Source: Guillardia theta CCMP2712 (taxonomy: Eukaryota > Protista > Cryptophyta). From it: a stretch of DNA of 64,000 bases. Of the stretch, positions 62,391 through 64,000 are shown one piece after another; the stretch's first letter is position 1; the number at the start of each line of letters is the position of its first letter. The position numbers and the translations under genes are program-made. The DNA is taken from assembly GCF_000315625.1 (NCBI RefSeq), contig NW_005434615.1:6852-70851 (forward strand). The letters run 5' to 3'. The notes below the pieces were generated by a model. It was not told where the DNA came from, searched no databases, and was given only the letters and a program-made list of their open reading frames with translations.

Positions 62391-62535
62391 CAGAAGATGG
62401 TAATTGTGGTTTTAACAAGCCAACAGCACTTAGATGATCTCCTTTGAACCCACTCTAAATATGATTCAGCAGCACGGCTTGTGTGAACAAGTTTGAAGAG
62501 GCGTGCAGGTTGTCAAACAGGCACCTCAGATGAAA

Positions 62536-64000
62536 TCAATAATCCGGGTGCCTTTCTATCAGCATTGCAACCCCCTGTCCTCCTGCAGCACAGGCAGCGA
62601 CAACAGCAAGCTGCTTGTCTTCCTGCTTGAGGCGATCCGCTGCCCATGTTGTCAAACGGACTCCAGTAGCAGCAAAGGGATGCCCGACGGAGAGAGATCC
62701 ACCCCGCGTGTTGAGGCGCTCAACAGGAAGCTCTCCAACCCTATCTGTTCCTAGCCACTGCTTGCACCAGGCATCTGAATTCAAAGCAGCCAAATTTGCA
62801 AGGACTTGCCCGGCAAAGGCTTCGTGCAGCTCCCACACATCCACGTCTTCAATCTTCAACCCAGTCTTGCGCAAAAGTTTGGATATCGCGTATGCTGGTC
62901 CTAGGAGCAACTGATCCTTTGGATCCTGAGAGACAAAGACGTAGTCCTTCATCCTCGCACGAGCACTTAGACCCAGTGCTTTGCACTTGTCTTCAGACAT
63001 CACAAGCGCAGCTGAGGCACCATCGGTGAGGAAGGAAGAGTTTGCTGCTGTCACAGTCCCATGAGGCTTGATAAAAGCAGGCTTGAGTTTGCTCAGCTGC
63101 TCATCCGTGGCAGGTCTAATACCGTTGTCCTGTTCAACCCAGTGATCCTTCACCGAACTCTTGACCGGAACGATCTCTTCTTTGAACAGCCCCTTTGCTT
63201 GCGCATCAAAAGCAAGTTGATGAGACCTCTGAGCAAATTTGTCCTGCTGCTCTCTGGAAATGCCAAAGGCAGAAGCAAGGCGATCAGCACTATGCCCCAT
63301 GACCTCTCCTGTGGAAAACTCTGCCACACCCGGAGCTTGCGGCGCGAGGTCAGAAAATTTCAGACCATTCAATAGGCCGAGCATCTGGCCCGTGGACTTC
63401 ATCTTGCTGCTCTTGATCAACCTCTTTCGAACGGGCCTGGAGAAACGAATGGGGACATCAGACATGATCTCAACTCCTCCCGCCAGGAAGGTATCCAGTT
63501 GCCCAGATCGAATCTTGTCGATGCCGGTCGCCATTGCAATATTGGATGAAATGCAGGCTAGAGTGACTGTGTGAGCAGGTGTGCTTAGAGGAATACCAGC
63601 TGCCATGGCCGATTCTCGTGCAACGTTGGAGGTCAAGACCTCTTGGATGACCGTGCCGCAGCACACATACTCGATCTCCTCAGGTGGTATGGCGGTTTTC
63701 CTCAGCAGACCCTTGATCGCCTCACGCTGGATTGCGTCGAATATCATTGATGATCAAGAAGTTGAATATCTCAGACGTCATACCTGCAAGTCGTACGCCA
63801 TGTAGTCTTCGTACTCTGTGCCGGACTGGCAGAAGGGTACACGGACGCCTCGAACGAACACTGCATCCTTGTTGTGCTGCAATCTTCGTCAGGAAAACGA
63901 CGAACAAGCTCATCGCAAATTCATTCATCCATGATCAACAAATCAAACACACACATTTCTAATAGTCGTGATCAGGTGATGGACCACAACATAAGCAGAA
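62536..64000 (-). CDS. HADHB: Thiolase, mitochondrial trifunctional enzyme beta-subunit-like; 5' part spliced and probably beyond the window
   Basis: Motifs TVTLACISSN (catalytic Cys), HEAFAGQ, GHPFAATG and ACAAGGQG. An upstream exon reads VRGVRVPFCQSGTEY. Confidence 0.92.

Overview
This is gene-dense eukaryotic nuclear DNA with many short (~45-55 nt) GT-AG introns and bipartite signal + Phe-transit presequences. That style fits a complex-plastid alga, most likely a cryptophyte such as Guillardia theta (inference, not a database match). From left to right the window holds: a gappy head-to-head inverted gene duplication; a Cys-rich Eph/TNFR-like repeat ORF abutting a tyrosine-kinase+RING gene; a mitochondrial carrier; a TrmA/RlmD-family methyltransferase; an Sfi1-like repeat gene; one giant (~8,800 aa) single-pass surface protein gene (Ig-like repeats, EPTP, FG-GAP, REJ, GPS-like, EGF, TM); a TRM2-like methyltransferase; a probable plastid membrane protein; an intron-containing tyrosine-recombinase transposon (Crypton); a BT1 folate/biopterin transporter; a kinesin; a DUS1-like dihydrouridine synthase with a C-terminal SH2-like domain; and a HADHB-like thiolase. 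Four observations stand out: (1) the Crypton, with candidate att-like ends and a mutated catalytic Arg; (2) the DUS-SH2 fusion; (3) a tyrosine kinase with a WNK-style relocated catalytic lysine; (4) the polycystin/VLGR1-like giant receptor. All domain calls come from motif recognition by eye, and several gene ends are approximate.
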